A stretch of 64,000 nt of DNA from the human T2T-CHM13v2.0 reference genome, Homo sapiens. The stretch's first letter is position 1, and each line of letters starts with the position of its first letter. Below are positions 45,126-62,497 of the stretch, piece by piece. Both the position numbers and the translations under genes were made by a program. The stretch lies in assembly GCF_009914755.1 (NCBI RefSeq), contig NC_060938.1; one strand, given 5' to 3'. The notes below the pieces were generated by a model. That model did not search any database and was not told the origin of the DNA. It saw nothing but the letters and a program-made list of their open reading frames with translations.

Positions 45126-47494
45126 AGTCAAAGCCTGGAGAATAGTTACATCTCCTGGATGATCGGTTCAGAAATATGTCACAATGCCCCCTCACTGTGG
45201 AGCGTAGAAAAGATTTGCATCATTTGGGTGATCAGTGCAGAGATATATCCCAATGTCCCCTATACAAAAAGCCTGGAAATGATTTACATCACCTCGGTGA
45301 TCAGTGCATAGGTATGTCAGAAATCCCCAGTAACCTGAACCTAGACAAGGGTAACATCACTTAGGTGATCAGGGCAGAGATATGTGAAAATTCCCGTGTA
45401 GACAGAGCCTTGACAAGTGTTACATCACCTAGTGATCAGTGAAGGGATAAGTCGTAAAGCCTCCTTTAGGCAGAGTGTAGACAAGTGTTTCCTCCCTGGG
45501 ATGATCAGTGCAGAGATATGTCACAAAGCCCCTGTAGGCAGAACCTTGACAAGGGTTACATCACCTGTTTGATCAGTGTAAATGTAAATCACAAACCCCC
45601 AGTAGGCATAGCCCAGACAATTGTTACATCACCTGGGTTAGCAGTGGAAAGATCTGTCACAGTGACCCTGTAGGCAGAGCTTAGAGAAGGGTTACATCAC
45701 CTGGGTGATCAGTGCAGAGATATGTCAAAACACTCCTATAGGCTGAACCTAGACAGGAGTTACATCACCTGGGTGATCAGTGCAGAGATATGTGAGAATT
45801 CCCGTGTAGGCAGAGCCTAGACAAGTGTTACATCACCTAGGTTATCAGTGCAGGTATAAGTCAAAGAGCCTCCTGTAGGCAGAGAGTAGACAAGAGTTCC
45901 CTCCCCAGGGTGATCAGTGCAGAAATATGACACAAAGCCCCTGTAGACCGATCCTAGACAAGAGTTACATCTCCTGGGTGATCAGAGCAAAGACATGTCA
46001 CAAAGCCCCCTGTAGACAAATCACAGAAAACTGTTACTTCACCTGGGTGATCAGTGGAGATATCTGTCACAATTCCCCTTTAGGCGCAGCTCAGACAAGC
46101 GTTACATAACATGAGTGATCAGTGCAGAAATATTTCACTATTCTCCCACAGTCAGATCCTAGACAAGATTCCATCACCTATGTGATCAATGCAGAAATAT
46201 GTCACAATGCCACCAGTAGGCAGATATAGACAAGAGTTACATCACCTGCGTGATCACTGCAGAGATATGTCACAATGCCCCTGTAGGTAAAGCCTAAACA
46301 AGAGTTACATGACCTAGGTGATCAGTGCAGAGATACATCACAATGCCCCTGTAGGCAGAGCCTTGACAAGTGGTATATCACCTGGGTGATCATTGCAGGG
46401 ATATGTCACAAAGCACCCTGTAGGCACATCCTAGAGAAGAGTTATATCACCTGGGTGAGCAGTGCAAAGATATGTCACAAGCCCCCTGTAGGCAGAGCCT
46501 AGACAAGAGTTATATCACCTGGGTGATCAGTGCAGTGATATGTCACAATGCCGTGTAGCCAGAGCCTAGACTAAAGTTACAGCACCTGGGAGATCAGTGC
46601 AGAGATATGTCACAATGTCCCCAGTAGGCAGAGACCAGGCAAGAGTTGGATCACCTCGGGATCAGTGCAGAGATATGTCTCAATCCCCCTGTGGTCACAG
46701 CCTAGACAAGGGTTACATCACCAAGGTTAACAGTGCAGAGATATGTCAAAATGCCTCTGTAGGCAGAGCCTACACAAGTGTTACATCACTTTGGTTATCA
46801 GTGCAGAGATATATCACAACACCCCCTGGAAGCAGAGCCCAGGCAAGAGTTACATCACCTGGGTGATCAGTGCAGAGATATGTTACAAGCCCCCTTTAAG
46901 CAGAGCCTAGACAACAGTTACATCACCTGAGTGATCAGTGCAGAGATGTGTCACAATGCCCCTTTAGGCAAAGCTTAGACCAGAGTTACATCACCTGGGT
47001 GATCAGTGCAGAGATATGTCACAATGCCCCCATAGGCAAATCCAAGGCAAGAGTCCGTTACCTGGGTTATTAGTGCAGAAATATTTGACAATGCCCCCAT
47101 TAGGCAGAGCCTAGAGAAGAGTCCCATCACCTGGGTGATCAGTGCTGACATATTTCACAATGCCCCTGCAGGCAGAGCGTAAGCAAGAGTTACATAACCT
47201 AGGGGATCAGTGCAGATATATGTCACAAGGCCCCCTATAGGTAGAGCCTGGATAAGAGTTACATCACCTCGGTGATCATTGCAGTGATATGTCACTATGC
47301 CCCATAGGCAGATCCACCACAACAGTTACATCACCTGGGTGATCAGTGTAGAGATATGTCACAATGCTCCCATAGGCAGAGCCTAGACATAAGTCCCATC
47401 CCCTGGGTGATCAGTGCAGAGATATGTCACAAAGCCCCTGTAGGCAGAGCCTAGACAAGAGTTACATCACTTTTGATCAGTTCAGAGATGTGTC
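45126..47494 (+). repeat. Beta satellite array (~35 monomers)
   Basis: 68-bp monomers. Confidence 0.95.
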
Positions 47495-48084
47495 ATGCTG
47501 ACTCTTTGTTCCCGGAGCTCTGCGGGCACCCGGAAACTTGCATGGAAGGGTGGAAGACCGGCATGGTGCCTTCGCTCTCCTTGTCAATTTCCAAACCGGC
47601 CACACTGCAGACTCCCCATGTTACCGCACACTGGAATCCATCGTCAGGACATCACGCCGGGGAGGCATCTTCTCTCTGGGGTTTCCCTGTGGTCTCCTAC
47701 GTGGAAATGAACGAGAGCCACACGCCTGTGTGTGTGAGACTGTCCCGGCAACGGCGACACCCACAGGCACTGCCTCCTTCACGGAGAGAGGTCCCGGAAC
47801 ACTCAAGATTCCCACGGAGGTTCAGTTCCACACTCTCCTCCACCCTCCCAGGCCGGTTTCTCCCTGCTGAAGATGCGTGGGAGCCCAGAGAGCGGCTTCC
47901 AGTTCCCGCGGGATTCCTGGAGAGGTCCGGAGAGCCAGCACCCGAAACGCGCCCCCCTCACCCCTTCCCTCTCGCCCCCTTCCTCTTCATCCCTCCGGCC
48001 CCACCACCACCATCACCACACCCTCCCCATCCACCCCACTACCCCCCGGCCGCAGGTCTTGACGCCCTGGGAACCTTCCAGGAC

Positions 48085-49557
<1,473 letters not shown>

Positions 49558-50262
49558 GATGCGGGGTTGGGACGGGGATGGGTCGGGACAGGGCAGTGGC
49601 CTCTCTTTCTCGGGGAACAACTGGCTGGCTACCGAGGGGCATGTCTTCCCCCCGCCCCCTCCACCGGGCTGACCAGCATGAGATTCCTGCCTTCTAGCTC
49701 TAGGCCCGGTGAGAGGCTCCACACAGCGGAGAACTGCCAGTCTTTCCTGGGCATCCCTGGGATCCCAGAGCCAGCCCAGGTACCAGCAATTGGGTCGCCT
49801 ACTGTGCACACGCGGGTTTGCGGGCAGCCGCCTGTTGTGTGGGAGCCGCCTGGGTAGAGCTATCATGCCTATCTACCACCCGACCCCCGCCTGACCACAC
49901 CCTCCCAACCCCCACACACCACCCACAGAAAATGCATCCTCCCCTGGGCCGAGTGCAAACCATCATCCCGTGAAACACCGGTCCCACGCAGCGTCCAGGC
50001 CTGACACCTCCGGCGGCTCGCCTCCTATGTGCCTCTGCGCCACCGTCGCCGGCCCGCGTGTGCCCCTGAAGCCTCCCGGCTGCCACTATGGAGGGACTGG
50101 CGGTGGAATGCAGACTTCTAACTCTCTTTGCCAGCCTCCTGGCTAGACCTGCGCTCATTGCGCACCCCGGGTGATGTGCAAGGGAGCCCTCTGGCCTCTC
50201 TGTGCCCTTGTCCATCTCTGAAATTCTGGCTGAGGCTCTCTCAACATCTTCCGACGCTCTTT

Positions 50263-51969
50263 AGTCAAAGCCTGGAGAATAGTTACATCTCCTGGATGAT
50301 CAGTTCAGAAATGTGTCACAATGCCTCCTCCCTGCGGAGCCTAGAGAAGATTTGCATTATTTGGGTGATCAGTGCAGAGATATATCACAATGTCCCCTGT
50401 ACAAAAAGCCTGGAAATGATTTACATCACCTCGGTGATCAGTGCATAGGTATGTGAGAAATCCCCAGTAGGCTGAACATGCACAAGGGTTAAATCACTTA
50501 GGTGATCAGTGTAGAGATATGTGAAAATTCCCGTGTAGACAGAGCCTAGACAAGTGTTACATCACCTAGTGATCAGTGCAGGGATAAGTTGTAAAGCCTC
50601 CTGTAGGCAGAGTGTAGAAAAGTGTTTCCTCCCTGGGGTGATCAGTGCAGAGTTATGTCACAAAGCCTCTGTAAGCAGAACCTTGACAAGGGTTACATCA
50701 CCTGTTTGATCAGTGGAAATGTACATCACAAAGCCCCTTGTAGGCAAAGCCCAGACAATTGTTGCATCACCTGGGTGAGCAGTGGAGAGATCTGTCACAA
50801 TGCCCCTATAGGCAGAGCTTAGACAAGGGTTACAACGTCTGGGTGATCAGTGCAGAGATATGTCAAAACGCTCCTGTAGGCTGAATCTAGGAATGAGTTA
50901 CATCAACTGGGTGATCAGTGCAGAGATATGTGAGAATTCCCGTGTAGGCAGAGTCTAGACAATTGTTACATCACCTAGGTTATCAGTGCAGGTATAAGTC
51001 ATGAAGCCTCCTGTAGGCAGAACGTAGACAATAGTTCCCTCCCAAGGGTGATCAGTGCAGAGATGCGTCACAAAGCCCCTGTAGGCAGAGACTAGACAAT
51101 AGTTTCATCACTTGGTTGATCAGTTCAGAGATGTGTCACAATGTCCATGTAGGCAGATCTAAGACAAGAGTCTATCACCTGGGTGATCAGTGCAGAGATA
51201 TGTACCAATAGCCCCTGTAGGCAGTGCCTAGACAAGAGTTGCATCACCTCAGAGATCAGTGCATAGATATGTCACAAAGTCTTCTGTAGGCAAAGCCCGT
51301 ACAAGGCTTACATCACCGAGGTGTTCAGTGCAGTGATATGTCACAAAAATCCCTGTAGACAGAGCCTAGAAAGAGATACATCACCTGGGTGATCAGTGGA
51401 GATATTTGACACAATGCCCCCATAGACAGAGCCTAGAAAATACTTCCATCACCTGGGCGATCAGTGCAGAGATATGTCACAAATCGCCCTTTTGGCAGAG
51501 TATAGAGAAGAGTCCCATCACCTGGGTGATCAGTGCAGAGATATTTCACAATGCCTCCTGTAGGCAGAGAGTGGACAAGAGTTACATAACCTAGGTGATC
51601 TGTGCAGAGCTATGTCAAAACGCCCCTGTAGGCAGAGCCTAGATAAATGTTACATCACCTGGGTGATCAGTGCAGAGATACGTCACAATACACCCTGCTG
51701 GTGGAGCCTAGACAAGAGTTACATCACCTGGGTGATCAGTGCAGAGATATGTCACAAATACCCCTCAAGGCACAGTATAGAGAAGAGTCCCATCACCTGG
51801 GTGATCAGTGCAGAGATATTTCACAATGCCCCCTGTAGGCAGAGAGTGAACAAGAGTTACATAACCTAGTGATCTGTGCAGAGCTATGTCAAAACGCCCC
51901 TGTAGGCAGAGCCTAGATAAATGTTAGATCAACTGAGCGATCAGTGCAGAGATATGTCACAATACCCCC
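50263..51969 (+). repeat. Beta satellite array ending at a tail-to-tail inversion junction
   Basis: Plus-orientation monomers up to AATACCCCCC ~51970. Confidence 0.93.
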
Positions 51970-52483
51970 CTACAGGGTGATGTAACAATTGTCTGCACTT
52001 TGCCTACAGGGGGTTTGTGATATACATTTCCACTGATCAAACAGGTGATGTAACCCTTGTCAAGGTTCTGCTTACAGGGGCTTTGTGACATATCTCTGCA
52101 CTGATCACCCCAGGGAGGAAACACTTGTCTACACTCTGCCTAAAGGAGGCTTTACGACTTATCCCTTCACTGATCACTAGGTGATGTAACACTTGTCAAG
52201 GCTCTGTCTACACGGGAATTTTCACATATCTCTGCCCTGATCACCTAAGTGATGTTACCCTTGTCTAGGTTCAGGTTACTGGGGATTTCTGACATACCTA
52301 TGCACTGATCACCGAGGTGATGTAAATCATTTCCAGGCTTTTTGTACAAGGGACATTGTGATATATCTCTGCACTGATCAACCAAATGATGCAAATCTTC
52401 TCTAGGCTCCGCAGGGAGGAGGCATTGTGACATATTTCTGAACCGATCATCCAGGAGATGTAAAAATTCTCCAGGCTTTGACT
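51970..52483 (-). repeat. Beta satellite (~7.5 monomers), downstream flank of U9
   Basis: Minus-orientation monomers in the stereotyped post-pLAM order. Confidence 0.93.
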
Positions 52484-53189
52484 AAAGAGCTTCAGAAGGT
52501 GTTGGGAGAGCCTCAGCCGGAATTTTACGGACGCACAAGGTCACAGAGAGGCCAGCGGTCTCCCTTGCACGTCAGCCAGGGTGCGCAATGAGCACAGGTC
52601 TAGCCAGGAGGCCGGCAAAGACAGCTAGAGGTCTGCGTTCGGCCGCCAGGCACTCCATGGTGGCAGCTGGGAGGTTGCAGGGGTAGGGGCGGGCTGGCGA
52701 CGGTGGCGTGGAGGCGCAGAGGAGGCGAGCCGCCAGAGGGGTGTCAGGTCTGGATGCTTCGCTGGCCCGGTGTTTCGCAGGACGGGGGTCTCCACCCAGC
52801 CCAGGGGAGGACACAATTTCCGGGGATGGGTGTGGGGGTGGGGTGGGGGTGGTCAGGCGGTAGTGGGGTGGTGGAAAGGCATGAGGGCTCTGCCCGGGCT
52901 GCTCCCACAGCCCAGGCGGCTGCCAGCAAACCCTCGCATGCACAGTAGGCGCCCCACCTGTTGGTACCTGGGCCGGCTCTGGGATCCCCGGGATGCCCAG
53001 GAAAGAATGGCAGTTCTCTGCTGTGTGGAGTCTCTCACCTGGCCTAGTCCTAGAATGCAGGAATCCCAGGCCTGTCAGCCCAGTGGAGGGGGTGGGGGGA
53101 AGAAACGCCCCTCCATAGCCAGCCAGGTGTTCCCCGCGAAAGAGAGGCCACCGCCCTGCCCCGACCCAACCCCGTCCCAACACCGCGTC

Positions 53190-54659
<1,470 letters not shown>

Positions 54660-55240
54660 ACACCAGAAGGGTCCCAGGTGGTCGAGGCCTGGGGCCTGGT
54701 GGTGGTGGGGTGTGGGGAGAGGGCGTTGTGATGGCGGTGGTGGTGCCGGAGAGACGAAGAGGAAGGGGGCGAGGAGGAAGTGGTGAGGGGGGCGCGTTTC
54801 GGGGGCTGGCTTTCTGGACCTCTCTAGGAATCCCACGGGAAATGGAAGCTGCTCTCTGGGCTCCCACGCGTCTTCAGCAGGGAGAAACCGGCCTGGGAGG
54901 TTGGAGGGGAGTGTGGAACTGAACCTCCGTGGGAGTCTGGAGTGTTCCAGGCCCTCTCTCCGTGAATGAGGCAGTGCCTGTGTGTGCGGAGACAGTCTCA
55001 CACAGGCAGGCCTGTGGCTCTCATTCATTTCCACGTAGGAGACCACAGCGAGACCCCAGAGATAAGATGCCTCCACGGCGTGATAGCCTGATGAAGGATT
55101 CCCGTTTGCGGCAAAATGGGGAGTCTGCAGTGTGGCCAGTTTGGAAACTGGCAAGGAGAGCGATGGCACCATGCCGGTCTTCCAACCTTCCGTGCATGTT
55201 TCAGGGTGACCGAAGAGCTCCTGGAGCAAACAGTCACCAT

Positions 55241-58200
55241 GACATATCTCTGAACTGATCAACAAAGTTATGTAACTCTTCTCTAGGCTCTGCCTACAGG
55301 GGCTTTGCGACATATCTCTGCACTGATCACCCAGGTGATGGGACTTTTGTCAAGGTTCTGCCTATGGGGCCATTGTGACATATCTCTACACTGATCACCC
55401 AGGTGATGTAACTCTTGTGTTGGATCTGCCTATGGGGGCATTGTGACATATTTCTGCACTGATGACCCAGGTGTTGGGACTCTTTTCTAGGCTCTGTGTA
55501 TGGGGGCTTTGTGACATATCTCTGCACTGATCACCCAGGTGATGTAACGCTTGACTATGCTCTGCCTAAGGGGTATAGTGACATATCACTGCATTGATCA
55601 CCGAGGTGATGTAACACTTGTCCAGGCTCTGCGTATAGGGGGCCTTGTGACATATCTCTGCACTGATGATCTACGTGATGTAACTCTTGTTTACGCTCTG
55701 CCAGCAGGGGCATTGTGAAATATCTCTGCACTGATCACCCAGGTAATGTGTCCCTTCTCTAGGCTTTGCTTACTGGGGGCATTGTCACACATGTCTGCCC
55801 TGATCACCCACGTGATGGACTATTGTCTTGGATTTGCCTATGCGGGCATTGTGACATATCTCTGCACTGATCACCCAGGTGATGTAACCCTGGTCTAAGT
55901 TCTCCCTAAAGGGGCATTGTGACAGATCTCTGCACTGATGACCCAGGTGATGTAACTCTTGTCTAGGCTCTATTTACAGGGGGTATTGTGACATATCTCT
56001 GCACTGATCACCTAAGTGATGAAACAGTTGTGTAGAATCTGCCTACAGGGGCTTTTTGACATATCTCTGCACTGTTAACCGAGGTGACGTATCTCTTGTC
56101 TAGGCTGTGCCCACAGGTGGACATTGCCTGGTCTCTGCCTACTGGGGACATTGTGACATATCTCTGCACTGATCTCCCATGTGCTGTAACTTTAGTCTAT
56201 GATCTGACTACACGGCATTGTGACATATCACCGCACTGATCACCCAGGTGATATAACTCTTGTCTATGCTCTGCCTATAGGGGGCTTGTGACATATCTCT
56301 GCACTGATCACCCAGGTGATATAACTCTTCTCAAGGATCTGCCTACACGGTGCTTTGTGACATCCCTGCAATGATCACCCAGGTGATATACCACTTGTCA
56401 AGGCTCTGCCTACAGGGGCATTGTGATATATATCTGCACTGATCACCTAGGTCATGTAACTTATCTAGGCTCTGCCTACAGTGGCATTTTGACATATCTC
56501 TGCACTGATCACCCAGGTGATGTAACTCTTTTCTAGGATCTGCCTACATGGTGCTTTGTGACATATCCCTGCAATGATCACACAGGTGATGTACCACTTG
56601 CCAAGGCTCTGCCTACAGGGAGATTGCGATGTATCTCTGCACCGATCACCTAGGTCATGTAACTCTTGTCTAAGCTCTGCCTACAGTGGCATTGTGACAT
56701 ATCTCTGCACTGATCATCCAAGTGATGTAACTCTTGTCTAGGATCTGCCTAAAGGGACTTTGTGACATAAATCTGCACTGATCATCCAGGTGTTGTGGCT
56801 TTTGTCTAGGCTCTGCCTAAGGGGGCATTGTGATATATTTCTGCAATGATCACCCAGGTAACGGACTCATGTCTTGGGTCTGCCTATGGGGGCATTGTGA
56901 CATATCTCTGCACTGAGCACCCAGGTGATGTAACTGTTGTATAAGCTCTGCCTACAGGGGAATTGTGAGAGATGTTGCCACTGATCACCCAACTGATGTA
57001 ACTATTGTCTAGGCTTTGCCTACAGGGGGCTTTGTGTCATACCTTTGCACTGGTTACACAGCTGATGTAAGTCATCTAAGTTCTGCCTCCAGGAGCTTTG
57101 TGACATATCTCTGCACTGATCTCTTAGATGATGTAACACTTTTATAAGCACTGCCCACAGGGAATTTTGACAAATCACTGCATTGTTCACCTAGGTGATG
57201 TAACTGTTGTATAAGTTCTGCCTACAGGGGAATTGTGAGAGATCTCGCCACTGATCACCCAAGTGATGTAAGTATTGTCTAGGCTTTGCCTACAGGGGCT
57301 TTGTGACATACCTTTGCAATGATCACCCAGTTGATGTTACTCTTTTAAGTTCTGCCTACAGGAGCTTTGTGACATATCTCTGCACTGACCACTTAGGTGA
57401 TGTAACAATTTTATAAGCACTGTAAACAGGGAAATTTTACAAATCTCTGCACTGATCACCTAGGTGATATAACTCTAATCTACCCTCTGCCCAAAGGTGG
57501 CATTGTGAAATATCTCTGCACTGATCACTCAGGTGATTCAACTCTTGTCTAGTATCTGCCTACAGGGGGTATTGTGACATATCTCTTCACTGTTAACCGA
57601 GGTGATGTAACTCTTGTCTAGCCTCTGCCTACAGGGCCGTTTTCACATATCCCTGAACTGATGACAAAGGTGACGTAACTCTTGCCTAGGCTTTGCCTAC
57701 AGGGGATATTGTGACATATCTCTGCACTGATCATCTAGGTGAAGTAACTCTTGTCTACCCTCTGCCCAAAGGGGGCATTGTGAAATATCTCTGCACTGAT
57801 CACCCAGGTGAAGGGACTCTTCTCTAGGTTCTGACTACTGGGGTCATTCTCACATATTTCTGAACTGATCACCCAGGTGATGGACTCTTGTCTTGGATTT
57901 GCCTATGGGGGAATTGTGACATATCTCTGCACCGATCAGCCAGGTGTTGTAACTCTGGTCTGAGCTCTGCCTATAATGGCATTGTGACAGATCTCTGCAT
58001 TGATCACTCAGGTGATGTAACTATTGTCTAGGCTCTGCTTAAAGGGGCCTTGTCACATATGTCTGCACGGATCACCCACGTGATGTAACTCTTGTCTAGG
58101 CTCTGCTTACAGGGGGTATTGTGACATATCTCTGCACTGATCACCTAAGAGATGTAACACTTGTGTAGGCTCTGCTTACAGGGGCATTTTGACATATCTC

Positions 58201-60190
58201 TGCACTGTTAACCGAGGTGATGTAACTCTTGTCTAGGCTGTGCCCACTGTGGGATTGAGATATATCTCTGCGCTGATCCTGAAGTGTTCTAACTCTTGTC
58301 TGGTCTCTGCCCACTGGGAATATTGTGACGTATCTCTGCACTGATCTCCCAGGTGCTATTGCTTTGTTCTTGGCTATGGCTACACGGCATTGTGACATAT
58401 CACTGCACTGATCACCCAGGTGATATAACTCTTTTCTAGGCTCTGCCTACAGGGGGCTTGTGACATATCTCTGCACTGATCACCCAGGTGATGGGAGTTT
58501 TGTGTAGGCTCTGCCTATGCGGGCATTGTGAAATATCTCTACACTGATCACCCAGGTGATGTAACTCTTGTGTTGGATCTGCCTATGGGGGCATTGTGAC
58601 ATATTGCTGCACTGATCACCCAGGTGATGGGACTCTTGTCTAGGCTCCTTGTATGGGGTATTTGTGAAATATCTCTGCACTGATCACCCAGGTGATGCAA
58701 CGCTTGACTAGGCTCTGTCTACGGGGCATAGTGACATATCACTGCATTGATCACTGAGGTGATGTAACTCTTGTCCAGGCTCTGCCTATAGGGGGCCTTG
58801 TGACATATCTCTGCACTGATGATGTAGGTGATGTAACTCTTGCTTATGCTCTGCCTGCAGGTCAGAGATATTATTGAATATCTCTGCACTGATCACCCAG
58901 GTGATGGGAGTCTTCTTAAGGCTCTGCCTACTGGGGGCCTTGTCACATATTTGTGCACTGATGACCCAGGTGACGGACTCCTGTCTTGGATTTGCCTATG
59001 GGGGCATTGTGACATATCTCTGCACTGATCAACCAGGTGATGTAAGTCTGGTCTAAGCTCTGCCTAAAGGGGCATTGTGACAGATCTCTGCACTGATCAC
59101 TCAGGTGATGTAACTATTGTCTTGGCTCTGCTTAAAGGGGCCTTTTCACATGTCTCTGCGCTGATCACCCAGGTGATGTAACTCTTTTCTAGTCTCTGCC
59201 TACAGAGGGCGTTGTGACATCACTCTGCGCGGATCACCCGGGTTATGTAACTCTTGTCTAGGATCTGCCTACGGGGTCATTGTGACTTATCTCTACACTG
59301 ATCACCCAGGAGATGTGACTCTTCTCTAAGCTCTGCCTAGAGGGATATTGGGACATATCTCTGCACTGATCGCTGAGGTGCTGTAAAATTTGTCTAGGCT
59401 TTGCCTAGAGTGGGATTTATGACATATCTCTGCACTGATCACCCTGGTGATGTAACTCTTTTCTAGGCTCTGCTTACAGGGGGTATTGTGAGATATCTCT
59501 GCACTGATCACCCAGGTGATGTAGCTCTTGTATAAGCTCTGCCTACAGAGGCATTTTCACATATCACTGCACTGATCACCGAGATGATGTAACTCTTGTA
59601 TAGGCATCGCCGACAGGGGGCATTGAGACATATGTCCGCACTGATCACCGAAGTGATGCAACTCTTGTCTGGGATCTGCTTAAAGGGGGCATTTTGACAT
59701 ATCTCTGCCCTGATCACCCAGGTGATGTAACTCTTTTCTAGGCTCTGCCTACTGGAGACATTATGACATATCTCCACAATGATCACCCAGGAGATGTCAC
59801 TTTTGTCAAGGATATGGCTACAGGGACATTGTGACATATCACTGCACTGATCACACAGCTGATGTATCCTTGTCTAGGCTCTGGCTACAGGGGTCTTGTG
59901 ACACATGTCTGCACTGATCACCCCGGTGATGTAACCCTTGTCTAGGCTCTGCCAAAAGGCGGCATTGTTACAGAATTCTGCACTGATCACCCAGGTGATG
60001 GGACTCTTGTCTAGGCTCTTCGTATAGGGGCATTGTGACATATCTCTGCAGTGGTCACGCAGGTGATATAACTCTTGTCTATATATGCCTAGTGGCGGCA
60101 TTGTGGCATATTTCTGCACTGATCACCCAGGTGATGGACTCTTGTCTTGGATCTGCCTATGGGGGCATAGTGACATATCTCTGCACTGAT
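55241..60190 (-). repeat. Beta satellite array
   Basis: Minus-orientation 68-bp monomers. Confidence 0.95.
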
Positions 60191-62497
60191 CAGATCCAAG
60201 ACAAGAGTCCATCAACTGGGTGATCAGTGCAGAACTATGCCACAATGCGGCCAGTAGGTAGATATAGACAAGTGTTACATCACCACCGTGGTCATTGCAG
60301 AGATATGTCACAAGCTCCCTGTAGCCAGAGCCTAGACAAGAGTTACATCAGCTGTGTGATCAGTGCAGTAACATGTCACAATGCCCCTGTAGCCATATCC
60401 TTGACAAAAGTGACAACACCTTGGTGATCAGTGCAGAGATATATCACAATGTCTCCAGTAGGCAGAACCTAGACAAGAGTTACATCACCTGGGTGACCAG
60501 GACAGAGATATGTCACAATGACCCCTGTAAGCAGATCACAGACATGAGTTGGGTCACGTCAGTGATCAGTGCAGAGATATGTCTCAATGCCCCCAGTCAG
60601 CGATGCCTATACAAGAGTTACATCATCTTTTTGATCAGTGCAGTGATATGTTAAAATGCCGCTGTAGGCAGAGCCTAGACAAGAGTTACATCTCCTGACT
60701 GATCAGTGCAAAGATATGTCACAAAGCCCTCTGTAGACAAATCCCAGAAAATTGTTCCATTGCCTGGGTGATCAGTGGAGATATCTGTCACAATTCCCCT
60801 TTAGGCGCAGCTTAGACAAGCGTTACATCACATGAGTGATCAGTGCAGAGATATGTCAGTATGCCCCCATATGCAGATCCAAGACAAGAGTCCATCACCT
60901 GGGTGATCAGTGCAGAAATATGCCCCAAAGTCGCCAGTAGGCAGATATAGACAAGAGTTACATCACCTGCGTTATCACTGCAGATACATGTCACAATGGG
61001 CCTGTAGGCAGAGCCTAGACAAGAGTCCCATCACCTGGGTGATCAGTGCAGAGTTATGTCACAATATCCCCTTTTGGCAGAGCCTAGACAAGGGTTACAT
61101 CACCTGGGTTATCAGTGCAGAGATATGTCACGAGCCCCTGTAGCCAGAGCCTAGACAAGTGTTACATCAGCTGTGTGATCAGTGCAGTGACATGTCACAA
61201 TGTCCCTGTAGCCATATCCTTGACAAATGTGACATCACCTGCGTGATCAGTGCGGAGATATGTCACAATGACTCCAGTAGGCAGAGCCTAGACAAGAGTT
61301 ACATCACCTGGGTGATCAGGGCAGAGATATGTCCCAATGCCCCCGTAAGCAGATCCATGACAAGAGTTGCGTCACCTCTGTGATCAGTGCAGAGATATGT
61401 CTCAATGCCCCCTGTCGGCGAAGCCTATACAAGAGTTACATCATCTCAGTGATCAGTGCAATGATATGTGAAAATGCCCCAATTGGCAGAGCCTATAAAA
61501 GAGTTATATCACCTGGGTGATCAGTGCAGAGATATCTCACAATACCCACTGTAAGCAGAGCCTAGACAAGAGTTACATCACCTGGGTGTTCAGTGCAGAG
61601 ATATGTCATAAATCCCACTGTAGGCAAAGCCTAGACAAGTTTTACATCACCTCAGTGATCAGTGCAGAGATATGTTCAAATGTCTGTCTAGGCAGAGCTT
61701 AGACAAGAGTCACATATCCTCTTTTATCAGTGCAGAGATAAGTCACAATGCCCCCGTAGGAAGAGCCTAGACAAGAGTTACATAACCCGGGTGATATGTG
61801 CAGAGTGATGTCACAACGCCCTCTGCAGGCAGAGACTAGAAAAGACTTATATCACCTGGGTGATCTTTGCAGAAATATGTCACAATGCCCCCTGTAGGCA
61901 GTACATAGAGAAGAGTTGCATCACTTGGGTGATCAGTGCAGAGATATGTCACAATGTCCCCTGTAGGCAGAGCATAGAGAAGAGTTGCATCACCTCGCTG
62001 ATCAGTGCAGAGATATGTCACAATGTCCCCTGTAGGCAAATCCTAGGCAAGAGTTACAACACCTTTGTCATCAGTTCAGGGATATGTGAAAACGCACCTG
62101 TAGGAAGAGCCTAGAAAAGAGATACATCACCTACTTGATCAGTGTAGAGATATTTCCCAATACCCTCTGTAGGCAGATCCTAGACAAGAGTTGAATCACC
62201 TGGGTGATCAGTACAGAGATATTTCACAATGCCCCCTTTGGGCAGACGGTAGACAAGAGTAACATCACCTAGGTGATCAGTGCAGAGATTTGTCAAAATT
62301 CCCTGTAGGCAGTGCTTATAAAAGTGTTACGTCACCTAAGTGATCAGTGCAGAGATATCTCACAAAGCTCCTGTAGGAAGAACTTGGATAAATTACATCA
62401 CCTGGGCGATCAGTGCAAAGCTATGTCACAAAGCCCCCTGCAAGCAAAGCCTAGACAATAGTTACATCACCTGTTTGATCAGTGGCGAGATCTCTCA
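60191..62497 (+). repeat. Inverted beta satellite block (~34 monomers) embedded in the minus array
   Basis: Orientation flips at CACTGAT|CAGATCCAAG and flips back at TCTCTCAC|TGATCAGTC. Confidence 0.92.
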
